From Octopus sinensis (Eukaryota), in assembly GCF_006345805.1 (NCBI RefSeq), contig NC_043018.1, forward strand, positions 12,214,001 through 12,278,000: 64,000 bases of DNA, in the 5' to 3' direction. Under the pieces are notes generated by a model, which did no database searches, was not told where the DNA came from, and saw only the letters and a program-made list of their open reading frames with translations. Position 1 is the first letter of the stretch, and each line of letters begins with the position of its first letter. Both the position numbers and the translations under genes were made by a program. Shown piece after piece: positions 50,235-61,847 of the stretch.

Positions 50235-51135
50235 GCTGTGTGCGTTCCTTTTCTTTCCGATCGTCTTCTAGGAATCGTTTTAGGCATCGTTCTTCTTCTC
50301 GCCAGCGTGCCATTACTTCGCTCGACACACCGTGTTGGTACTGTCGACGATTTGGGGATAAGGCACATCAGTGTAGACAGCCTTGCTCTTACTCTCCGCA
50401 GGGAAACTAGACGGGGGGGGGGACCCTGAGCACGTCAGCCGTCCCCCTTGCTTCGTTCTACTCCTCATCGTTTATTTTTTTTTTAGAGACGTCAACTCCT
50501 CTAAGCTTTTCGTGGTCGACACAGGAGCCGGCGTCAGTATTTGGCCCTTATGTTTCACCTCGACTAGGCCTATGTTGTTAACCACTCTACTATCCGGACC
50601 TACGGACAGATTTCTATATCTCTGGATTTATCTCTATGTAGAGATTTTAAATGGATTTTCGTCATCGCGGATTTGCCTTATCCAATATTGGGTGCGTTCT
50701 TTCTACACCATTACTCATTATTTGGTTGATGTGAGAATGCAGCGGCTTCTCGACGATACCACCTCCTTATCAATTCCTACGAAGATCTCGACTGTCGCTC
50801 CTGTGGGTCCCTCTTTCTTCGTTGCCTCTTCAAGATACCCGTACCACGCATTGCTTGCTTCTTTTCCAGAGCTTACTGATTTGTTATTTAAACCAACCGA
50901 GCCTGTTCATTCAACGAGATACTTCCCCTCCACGAAAAGACCTCTTGTTTTTTCTCATCCGCGACAGTTGGCACCGGACAAGCTTAAGGCAGCTCGAGTT
51001 GAATTTGAACAAATGCTCCAAGTTGGTCTTATTTCACCATCCACAAGCCCATGGGCGTCACCTTCACACATGGCAAGCAAAAAAGGTTCCGCAGAACTTC
51101 CGAGCAGTTGTGGGATTTCAGACGCCTCAATGCTG
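50235..51135 (+). mobile_element. Gypsy element: LTR-like segment, protease, start of RT
   Basis: FVVDTGAGVSI protease motif; RQLAPDKLKAARVEFEQML...SPWASP; truncated. Confidence 0.85.
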
Positions 51136-51139
51136 GAAC

Positions 51140-53523
51140 AACAGAAGAAATAGACTGGTCACTAGGGGCCATGGATGGCAGACCCGAGAAGTAAGAACGA
51201 AGTCTGGTGATGTACGACGTAGGACCGGGTGCGGTGAGTCGACTGGTGCCAACATTTAGCCAGGAAGTGCCAAAGTGGTATCGTACAAGAGTTCAGCAAC
51301 CTAGAATGATAGGAAGAAATTCGGTCCATCATTGTGGATCTGGGGTAACGCGAAGTGCAGCTTTCAACTGCTTATGTAATCTTTCCACCATTCCATTCGA
51401 AGCTGGGTAGTAACTAGTCGTATTAATGACAATTCACGGAAAAGGCTTCGAACTGGCGCCCACGATCAGTGGTGATTCTGGAAGGGACGCCAAATCGAGC
51501 AATCCACCCTGAGATGAGAGCTCGAGCGACAAGTTTGGCGGTAATATCTATCAGGGGTATGACCTCTAGTCATCGGAAGAACCGATCAATACAGGTCAAA
51601 ATGTATGTGAAACCGGAACTGATGGGCCAAGGACCAACGAGATCAACATGGATGTGCCGGAAGCGAGTGACCGGCGGATTGAACTGTCCCAATGGAGCAC
51701 AGACGTGCCTATGCACCTTGGAGTGCTGGCACTGCAAACAAGAACGCGCCCAAGTGGTGATTGTACGACGCCAGAAGAATCGGGATGTGACAACGAATGC
51801 AGAGCGTCGAAGATGGTGTGGCGATGACGATCAGGAACGAGCGGTCTGGGTGAATCGGTGGAAACATCGCAGGGATGTTCTCCTCAGCGGACGGTAGTGG
51901 CGGGTACTCAAACTTGTAGCAGGAAAACTGAGCAGAAGAAATGTCGAGCGAATTCAAGAAAGGCGGGTCTGAAGCATTGGCAACCAGATCAATCGTAGCA
52001 GGAGACAAAAGGGAACACAGAGGAAGCCTAGACAAAGCATCAGTAGATATATTGGCAGATCCAGCAATATGGCGTATATCACTGGTGAACTGAAAAATGA
52101 AGTACAGGTTTCTGTATGTCCTCGGTGAGTTATTCTCCGACTTAGATTGTAGCGCGAATGTGAGCGGTTTATGGTCCGTGAATAACCTGAACTTCCGACC
52201 TTCAAGGAGATGGTGGAAGTGCCTCACAGCAAGATAATCAGCTAACAGCTCTCTATCAAAAGTGCTATACTGTTGTTCGTCTGATCTCAGTTGGCGTAAG
52301 AAAAACGCTAGTTGTTGAGTCTGGTGGTTGATCGGTTGATCGTCTGTTGCAATACAGCGCCAACAGCACAATTTGAGGCAGCAACGGTTAAGGATAGTTC
52401 TGCGTTCGCAATAGGATGAGAGGCGAGCAAGGAAACTTGAGCAAGATGAGATTTGACGGATTCAAAAGACTGCAATGCGTCGGAAGAAAGAGAAATCGGA
52501 GAATCTTTCTGATTCTTGTTCTTCAAATGCTGAGTCAAGGGAAACAACTCGTTCGCACAGTTAAGAATGAAGCGACAATAGAAGTTGATTAACCCAAGGA
52601 AATGACATAACTGTTTCAATGAAGTGTGGGGGGGGGGGTGAAACTTGCTGAATCGCTTCCTACTTCGCCGACAGAGGCCGAATGCCTTCAGATTCTATAA
52701 GATGTCCCAGGAACTCCAACGAAGTTGTACCAAACACACATTTTGCAGGGTTGACCGTAAAATTGTACCACCGGAGACGCTGGAACAACTGTGATATGTG
52801 TTGATGATGTTCAGCTGTATCAGTGGATATGAGAAGGTTGTCCACGTAAGCAAAAACGAAATCCATTCCATGAACGACTTCATTCATAAACCGCTGGAAA
52901 CCGGCATTGCGCAATCCAAATGACATGGATAAGAACTCGAACGAGTCAAATTGAGTGGTCACGACTGTTTTTGGGATGTCTGCTGGGTTCACTGGTATTT
53001 GGTGGTATTTACGTATCAGGTCAATATCGGAAAAGACGGTGCATCCATGTAAAGCAGATGAAAAATCCTGAAGATGAGGTAAAGGATATCTGTCAGGGGT
53101 AGTGACGGCATTGAAGCGTCTGAAATCATCAACCAGTCGGAAGTCTCCAGTACCCTTTTTTGCCATGTGTAAAGGAGACGCCCATAGGTTCGTGGATGGT
53201 CGAATAAGTCCAAGCTGGAGCATATGTTCAAATTCAGTTCGAGCTGCCTTAAGCTTGTCCGGTGCCAACCGTCGTGGACGGGAAAAACAGGATGTCCCTT
53301 TGTGGAGATGAAATGTCTCGTTGAGTGAATAGGATCGGTTGGTTTAAACGACAAATCAGTAAGCTCCGGAATAAGAAGCAAGCAATGCGTGATACGGCAA
53401 CGAAGAAAGAGGGACTCATAGGAGCGACAGTAGAAATCTTCGTAGGAATTGATAAGGAGATGGTATCGTCGAGAAGCTGCTGCAGTCTCACATCAACCAA
53501 ATAATGAGTAATGGTGTAGAAAG
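51140..53523 (-). mobile_element. Gypsy pol pseudogene (RT, RNase H, integrase), CsRn1-like by recall
   Basis: WASPLHM, DRYPLPHLQDF, FAYVDNLLI, FLGLINFY, YSTFDRELLA, TDHKPL, SADALSR, HVDLVGP; stops and frameshifts. Confidence 0.92.
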
Positions 53524-53874
53524 TCAGCTCCCAACATTAGCAGTCAATACAGCTCCTAGCAGAATGTATCTGGTTTTTGACATGCATAATGAAAATGCAG
53601 ACACGTTTCACTATTATTAAACTTCCGCGGTGAAGAGTTCAGCTACTGTCTATATTTCGCTGAGAAGCTCTAATAAACCTGAAACATGTCAGCATCCGCC
53701 ACCGTTCTTGCCAAAGTTAATGTTGACATATTTAATATAGTGAACATCAAAAATCTAATCGGAAATATTTATGGAGTGAAGAAAAAGCGACATTAGTTTT
53801 TCACTTTCTCCCCTCGGACTCAGAAGCCCTAAAAATGGTCAAAGGTGCAGCTTTCCCTTTTATGACTAAGCCAT

Positions 53875-54401
53875 TTAAAAAAAAAAACAACCTTTTCTAC
53901 GTTGATAGATTCAGCCATCACGTCCCTACCAAAGCATGTAGAATCTTATTCGTATGTATTTGTCGCATTAGTGTGTCAGATGAAATAAATATTTAGAAAT
54001 TTAATTACATCACACAATTAAACGGATTAAAATGAGCACAAAATTATCTTCATAAAATAAAATTGATAAGATACTTTTTAATTAACATCAGAAACAGGAA
54101 TTGTTTATAAAGGTGCGTTATTTAATTTTTCTTTTTTGAAGTCGAGAATCCATAGAAAAAACAAAAGAGAGAGAGAGAGAAGGAGTGTTATGTGACGCTA
54201 TTTGAGGTTGAATCGATCAGCTTTTCCTCTTCGAAAGGCTATCATAGAATAGTGAGTTGGTGCCGAGAATGCAGATAAAGAGTAGAAGATAAAAGGTGTA
54301 AAAAGAAGTGAAGGAAAAGGAAGGATAAAAAACTCGGAGATAAAGAAAGAGATTTGGCAGAACGAGGTTAAAAAGGAAATATTAAGGTCTTGTGAGATAT
54401 T

Positions 54402-54462
<61 letters not shown>

Positions 54463-55296
54463 AGAGAGAGATTGAGAGAGAGAGAGAGACTAATGTCGAG
54501 TATGCTGGAGAGATCGCGATTAATATTATGAGGAGAAAGAAGGATTAAAAGGAAAGTGGTTAAAAAAAGGGGGGGGAGGCAGATTTAAGAGAAAATGGAA
54601 AGAAGAGGAGGAGGAAGAATTGAATAAGAAAACCAGAAAAGGAATATAAGAAAAAGGAGTGAACGAGTTAAATAAAAGAATAATTATCAGATGTATAGAG
54701 AATGAGGGAGGGAGAGAGAGAGAGAGAGAGAGAGTCATAGAGAGGGAGGCGCAGAAAGAGAGAGAAAAGTTAAAAAAAAAAACAACCTTTTCTACGTTGA
54801 TAGATTCAGCCATCACGTCCCTACCAAAGCATGTAGAATCTTATTCGTATGTATTTGTCGCATTAGTGTGTCAGATGAAATAAATATTTAGAAATTTAAT
54901 TACATCACACAATTAAACGGATTAAAATGAGCACAAAATTATCTTCATAAAATAAAATTGATAAAATACTTTTTAATTAACATCAGAAACAGGAATTGTT
55001 TATAAAGGTGCGTTATTTAATTTTTCTTTTTTGAAGTCGAGAATCCATAGAAAAAACAAAAGAGAGGGAGAGAGAAGGAGTGTTATGTGACGCTATTTGA
55101 GGTTGAATCGATCAGCTTTTCCTCTTCGAAAGGCTATCATAGAATAGTGAGTTGGTGCCGAGAATGCAGATAAAGAGTAGAAGATAAAAAGTGTAAAAAG
55201 AAGTGAAGGAAAAGGAAGGATAAAAAACTCGGAGATAAAGAAAGAGATTTGGCAGAACGAGGTTAAAAAGGAAATATTAAGGTCTTGTGAGATATT

Positions 55297-55361
<65 letters not shown>

Positions 55362-55688
55362 AGAGAGAGATTGAGAGAGAGAGAGAGACTAATGTCGAGT
55401 ATGCTGGAGAGATCGCGATTAATATTATGAGGAGAAAGAAGGATTAAAAGGAAAGTGGTTAAAAAAAAGGGGGGGGGGGCAGATTTAAGAGAAAATGGAA
55501 AGAAGAGGAGGAGGAAGAATTGAATAAGAAAACCAGAAAAGGAATATAAGAAAAAGGAGTGAACGAGTTAAATAAAAGAATAATTATCAGATGTATAGAG
55601 AATGAGGGAGGGAGAGAGAGAGAGAGAGAGAGAGAGTCATAGAGAGGGAGGCGCAGAAAGAGAGAGAAAAGTTTAAAAAAAAAAAACA
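53875..55688. repeat. Tandem duplication of ~895-900 bp unit
   Basis: 53875-54769 and 54770-55672 differ by only a few substitutions and by (GA)n/homopolymer lengths; TTAAAAAAAAAAACA at all three junctions. Confidence 0.95.
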
Positions 55689-56354
55689 GGACGAGTTGTT
55701 TGATAAACACCATAAAATGGAGATTAAACAATTAAAAAAGAAATTCATATGAAATGCATAAGAGAGGAGGTGTTTTAAAAAAGGAGGGAAGATTGCTTTT
55801 TGATAGAAAGAGCTAATGTTACTGTTTTGTCCGAAGTCGGACTGAACAAACAGGTTTTGATTAGAATCTCTAATCAAATATGATCGTTTTCTTTTCTAGG
55901 CCAAAATATTTAACGTATCCTTCTCTTTTAAGGCAACAGGGTGTGACCCGAGGGTGGTTTTTATTGGCATTTCTCGGAGGTTAGACGACCACACAATGAA
56001 TCCGACTGTTATAAGGAAAGGTATGACGAAGATAAGAAATGGTGTAAACAAAAAAGAGGACACATCAGAGAGAAAGAGTAAGTACGAGAGGAAGAAGCAT
56101 TGGAGAGAAAGAAGCTATATTAAGAGAAGATGGTAACGCACTTGAGTGCGTGTGTGTTGTGCATGGAGGAGAAGAGATTTCAAGCGGAACAGGAGAGGGA
56201 GAAAGAGTGAGAGAAAGAGTTGGGTAAAAAGGGAGAGGGTGAAAAAGAGAGAGTGAAGAAGAACTGTTCCGAAGCAGAGTAGTAGTCGGAGGAAGGGTAG
56301 GAGTAAGGAGTTTTAGAGAGAATAGGTAAAGTAAAGAGGAGAGACATAAAGAGC

Positions 56355-56387
<33 letters not shown>

Positions 56388-58099
56388 TGTAAAGAAAAGG
56401 GAAAGTGTGAAGAGGCTTGAGAGAGGGTGGCAGCTCAGTTTAATCTTGATTAAATCGGAAATCAGCCCAGTTTGCAAAATGTCAACAATTGCGACCACTC
56501 TAGCTGTGGTTGGCTTCACAACAAACGTTTGAAAGGAAGGAAAAGCCAGCAACCATCCTACCTTTCCTTGCTCTAGACTCACACAAAAAACAAAATATAT
56601 TACATCAGGGATCTTTACATACCTTGCAGTTCAATTATTTATCTGATTGACTTATTTTTTCAGCTTGCCCACCCGGACTATTTATTATATTAAAAAATAA
56701 ATAATACAATTATTTGATGTTAGAACCCCGATCGCGGGATTTAATAATACTATCAGTCATAATAAATGATTTGTTTAAATTGATTACCTGTGGGAGAGAA
56801 AATAAGATATTCTCGAAACCACCTGAAAGGCAATTCTTACTTAATTGGGACCATTCAACCGCTTCGCCTTATTTTCATTAAATATATTTTTATCAACATT
56901 ACCCACCAAAAAGTATAATTTAACGTTGTTGTTGTTACTTTTATACTTAATATATAAATCGCTAACTTTACAAAAGAAGCAACAAGGAAATCATAAAAAA
57001 AATCTACAAACATTTTTTCTATTACTTAATACGTTTGTCTATTTCCCACTCAATATATTTAATTGATATAAAAGTCGGAAATTACTCCAAGGTAAGTGCC
57101 AAAGCCCTTCTCTCTCAGTCTTCATTGCGGTTGTTTATAGAAATTTATAAAATTGCTCAATATTTAATTACATATTGTTTTTAAAAATTAATCAGCGATC
57201 TGATTGTATTATTTTGTTTTATTTCTGCACCGTTGCCAAACTAGTTGTTTATCTCACTTTGATACAGATCAAATGCTTGCCAACTATGACCATCTCATCT
57301 ATTTTTATTTTTAAGTAATATCTTCCTCAGGCTACAATAGGCAACATGTCTTATTCGTTTTAAGACCTGAGAGTGTGATATGGGCAGTTTTGCTGTTGTC
57401 GACAGCAGGTCGAGTAGTCACGTAGAGAAAGGACGGCTCTGATTGAGCAAACCGATGAGGTCATATGATTAAAGACATTCCAGCTATGACCTTCCTGTCA
57501 TACAATTGGTATGACATTGTTGAATGTATTTTAAGACACAAGAGTGATGCAATTTCTAGCTGATTGAACGACCACCTAGACTCTAGGTCCTAGAGGCTTC
57601 CTCGTTGGTTCATTAACTTAGTTTCTGTCCTGCTCGGTTGGTCAAAGAAAAGGGAGTAGAAATATATTCCTGGTCGATGGTTTGTTTCATCGGCTCAGCA
57701 GGGGTGCTAACACCCACCCTTCACCTGACAAAAAGAAAAGAAAACCCCTTAAATATAAGCCCTGTCCCAAATGGTTAGCAATGGGACGGGGTGACCTTAT
57801 CACTTTGTTTTTGCTATTCGAAAACATTGTGATCGTTAGATAAAAAAAACTGGAAAAAATGGGTGTGTGTGCATATCAAACGCGGAAGGAAATACGTACA
57901 GGTGTGTTGTGATAAGATGGCATTTTCTGTTATAGTGAAGGTGTGGTGCGTGTGTGTGTGTGCATATATATATATATATACAGAATTAAGAGATAGAACC
58001 TCAATAAAATAATTCAATTAATACTGAAGGATATTATATAAATTTACATATATTATTATTAACGTTGTACTAAAAATTTCTACACATTAGAACGACTTT

Positions 58100-58128
58100 A
58101 TTATTACTGTATATATGCACACACACAG

Positions 58129-58172
<44 letters not shown>

Positions 58173-58175
58173 GTA

Positions 58176-58248
<73 letters not shown>

Positions 58249-58334
58249 ATCTAACTATATGTATATATATATATATATACACACACACACAAACACACAC
58301 ACATATATATACACATGTATATGTAGTATATATA

Positions 58335-58378
<44 letters not shown>

Positions 58379-58449
58379 ACACACACACACACACACATAT
58401 ATACTATATATATATACTACATATATATATATTACATATATATATATAT

Positions 58450-58498
<49 letters not shown>

Positions 58499-58565
58499 CA
58501 GGTGGTGCTATTAAGTTAGACATGGCCTGGGCCAACAATGGCCGAAACCTATCAAAGTATCAAAG

Positions 58566-58597
<32 letters not shown>

Positions 58598-58830
58598 CAC
58601 ATATATATATATATATACTACATATATATATATATACTACATATATATATATATATACACATATATATATATATACTACATATATATATATATATATATA
58701 CTACATACATATATATATATATATATACTACATATATATACATACATATATATATATACACACATATATATACTACATATATGTATGTATATATATATAT
58801 ATTTATAAAACATATAACTAATAACTAGAT
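58100..58830. repeat. Compound microsatellite array (CA)n/(TA)n/(TCTA)n/(TCTG)n
   Basis: Direct reading. Many smaller arrays elsewhere, e.g. (GA)n 7294-7327, (GAT)n 38586-38635, (AAAAAGTACC)x4 29917-29957. Confidence 0.95.
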
Positions 58831-58956
58831 CTCAAAAAGTACAGAATGAATGATAAATATATAATATAATAAATAAAAACACTATGTACGTTTCATGACT
58901 ACAATTAAGTTTAAATTCAATTGCAATAAATTCGGTTTAAAATTATAGTCAATCTT

Positions 58957-59005
<49 letters not shown>

Positions 59006-59039
59006 ATGGGAAGCTTTATGAAAATAGACAAAAGATGAA

Positions 59040-59069
<30 letters not shown>

Positions 59070-59078
<9 letters not shown>

Positions 59079-59680
59079 GCATCCTTTTTGTCTCTGGAGA
59101 CAATGGAGTTGCGCATAAAATAATCTAGTCCGGCTTTTACATTCCATGTCCTAATACATCTCCTGCTGTGGCTGTGTAGTCCTATCCTGGATAAACACTC
59201 CCTCTGGTGCCGCAAATGTTGCGAAGACTGTTCCTGGCTGGTTGTAATGTCATAGTTTCTTGTTGATGTATTTTCTTGTCTTTCCATTTCTCCTCTCTCT
59301 CTCTCTGTCACTCCTTTGTGTTCCCTCTTTTACGGTATGTCACCAATCTCCACGGTTACTGGCAACTGCTTCCCAGTTGGTAATATTGATGTTGCAGGCA
59401 TTCATGTCCCTTTTGCAAACATCCTTGTATCGTAAGAATGGTCTTCCCACAGACCTAGTGCCCCTAGCAAACTCTCCGTAGAGTATTCCTTGGGGATTCT
59501 GCCATCTTCCATACGGCTAACATGTCCAAGCCATCACGTACGACATTGTGTGAGGAGTGCAAACATGCTTGGTATTCCTGCTTGCTTGAGGACATCTTTG
59601 TTGGGGACATGATTCTGCCATTTGATGCGAAGGGTCTTCCGGAGGCAGCGCAGGTGAAAGATATTTAGGTGACATGTAAT
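59070..59680 (-). mobile_element. RTE-BovB-like LINE 3' end
   Basis: FHLRCLRKTLRIKWQNHVPNKDVL, WLGHVSRMEDGRIPK, CLSRIGLHSHSRRC, tail ...gagacaaaaaggatgccaacaac. Confidence 0.85.
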
Positions 59681-59685
59681 ATAAA

Positions 59686-59900
59686 TATATATATATATAA
59701 AGTTAATCCAAACATGAAAACACAAAAATGCAAGGACGTGGAACAAGTATAGTGTTATTGAACGCTCAGGAAAGGAAAGAAAGAAGGAGGATTTAATGTT
59801 TCGAGCAGAGCTCTTTGTCAGAAACATAGGAAAGGGAAAGATCCAAGGAAGGGAAGACAGAGGAAAAAAATCGCCAATAATACACACGTGGTGTGTGTGT
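59686..59900 (-). mobile_element. Penelope-like element LTR fragment with degenerate hammerhead motif
   Basis: Minus strand ...cctatgtttCTGACAAAGAGCTCTGCTCGAAACATTAAAt..., ending in (TA)n. Confidence 0.6.
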
Positions 59901-59902
59901 AT

Positions 59903-59951
<49 letters not shown>

Positions 59952-60719
59952 CATTATTACCTTATTAATATAATTAATAACAGTAATAATGTATCTTTAT
60001 TTAAAATTTATTCTTGCTCATGATAGTTTTCTCTTAAATGGTGGGGGGGGGGACATATAAAGTGAGGAACGCACACGAGGTAATGTACTGAATATTTGAG
60101 AAGTAGGTGTTAAAATGTTATTTTCAACTGAAGATCCCAGAGTATGTTGGTCATACAGAGGGTGAAATCAATTGGTATTGAAATATACATTACTTACTGA
60201 TGCATTCAATGCAAAGATAAGCCTATTTCTGATGTGTTCATTGCATTGCCCATGTGTGTTTTTATTGTGAGTTTCTGGTGGGTTTTGAGCCTTGGCACTG
60301 ATTTTAGCAACTGGTATTTATACCCTGCTGTATCTATTTATACATACACACAAACACACATATACACATACACATACACACAAACATATATATATACACA
60401 CAAATATATATATATACACACACACACACATATATACACATATACATATACACATTCATATACACACACACACACACACACACGCGCAAATAAACAGAAA
60501 ATGGAGAAATATTGATCAACAAAAATTGACTATCATCAGTTATTACTTTTTAATTCAATACAGACAGACTACATCCCGTCTAACAGCTGTTTCTGCTTCC
60601 AATGTCCTATGGTATTGCCATTGAAAGTTCTGAAAATATTATTCATTATATTTTGTAATACATTGGATCTAAAACATGAAGGTTCATCAAAGTGAAGGAA
60701 AATACATCAAAGAACAAAA

Positions 60720-60894
60720 AAGAAAAGAAAAGAAAAGAAAAGAAGAGCCTCGAGAAGAAGGTGAAAGGCTTAATACATTTAAATCATACCATTTTGCTTT
60801 TTTTTTTACTCAACGTTCCGATAAGTAAAATGGTATGATTTAAATGTATTAAGCCTTTCACCTTCTTCTCGAGGTTCTTCTTCTTTTCTTTTCT
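60720..60894. repeat. Long inverted repeat (hairpin)
   Basis: 60748-60795 is the exact reverse complement of 60827-60874 (48 bp), extended by (AAAAG)n/(CTTTT)n flanks. Confidence 0.95.
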
Positions 60895-61485
60895 GTCTGA
60901 CTGGCTCTCCATGCCAGTGGAATGTAAAAAGCAGCATCCAAATGTGGTTGATGCCAGCCACCCCCTGCTCCATCTGGCTCCTGTGCTGGTAGCATGTAAA
61001 AAGCACCATCTGAACGTGGTCGATGCCATTGTCACCTGATTGCCTCTCTTGCTGGTGGCATGTAAAAAGCACCCACTACACTCTTGGGGTGGTTGGCGAA
61101 GGGCATCCAGCTGTAGAAACTTTGCCAGCTCCTTGTTGGCAGTAGATAAAATGTCGGTTTTTCGATTTGAAAATTATCCAGAAAAATTATCAATAATTAA
61201 TAATATCAAAAGGTAATCAGAAATATTTGAAATTTCCATTACCAGTGGCCTAGCTTGTAAGTAATCGAAGGTGTACCTGCTGAAGAAGACTTCCCCTAGC
61301 AAATTACTTTATTCGCTAAAAAAATCTGAAACCATTGGTCCAGGAGTTAGATGGTAAATGGTTTTATTTTTCATTCCTTTGAAAATTTTATCCCTAAAAG
61401 TGGTTTAACTGTCCTCTCTAACAATGATAGCTGCTTCTTATGTGTTTAAATGTATACTGTATTTATATATATATAAATATATATA

Positions 61486-61847
61486 CGTGGTTAGGGCAGC
61501 GAATTCATGGTCATAGGATCATGGTTTCGATTCCCAGACCGGGCGTTGTGAGTGTTTATTGAGCAAAAATACCTAAAGCTTCATGAGGCTCTGGCAGGGT
61601 TGGTGGCGAACCCTGCTGTACTCTTTCACCACATCTTTCTCTCACTCTTTCTTCCTGTTTCTGTTGTATCTATATTTCAAAGAGTCAGCCTTGTCACACT
61701 CTGTGTCATGCTGAATCTCCCTGAGAACTATGTTAAGGGCACACGTGTCTGTGGAGTGCTCTACCAGTTGCAGGTTAATTTCATGAGCAGGCTGTTCCGT
61801 TGATCGGATCAACTGGAACCCTCGTCGTTGTAACCGACGGAGTGCCA
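61486..61847 (+). mobile_element. SINE family E, near full length
   Basis: tRNA-like head gtggttagggc...ggtttcgattcccagacc; shared body with 41085-41345. Confidence 0.75.

Noticed and set aside
50383-51153. 256-aa ORF as a domesticated retroviral-protease gene
   Set aside because: Mosaic of frames (protease motif at the start, out-of-frame middle, RT start at the end); consistent with a decayed Gypsy copy.
58115-58828. ORFs of YI/HT/IY repeats (also 60234-60624 and others)
   Set aside because: Translations of (TA)n/(CA)n microsatellites, not proteins.
110-61130. CRISPR-like repeat-spacer pattern in ggcacgtaaaaagcacc units
   Set aside because: Units are degenerate internal tandem repeats of a eukaryotic SINE; no unique spacers or cas genes.
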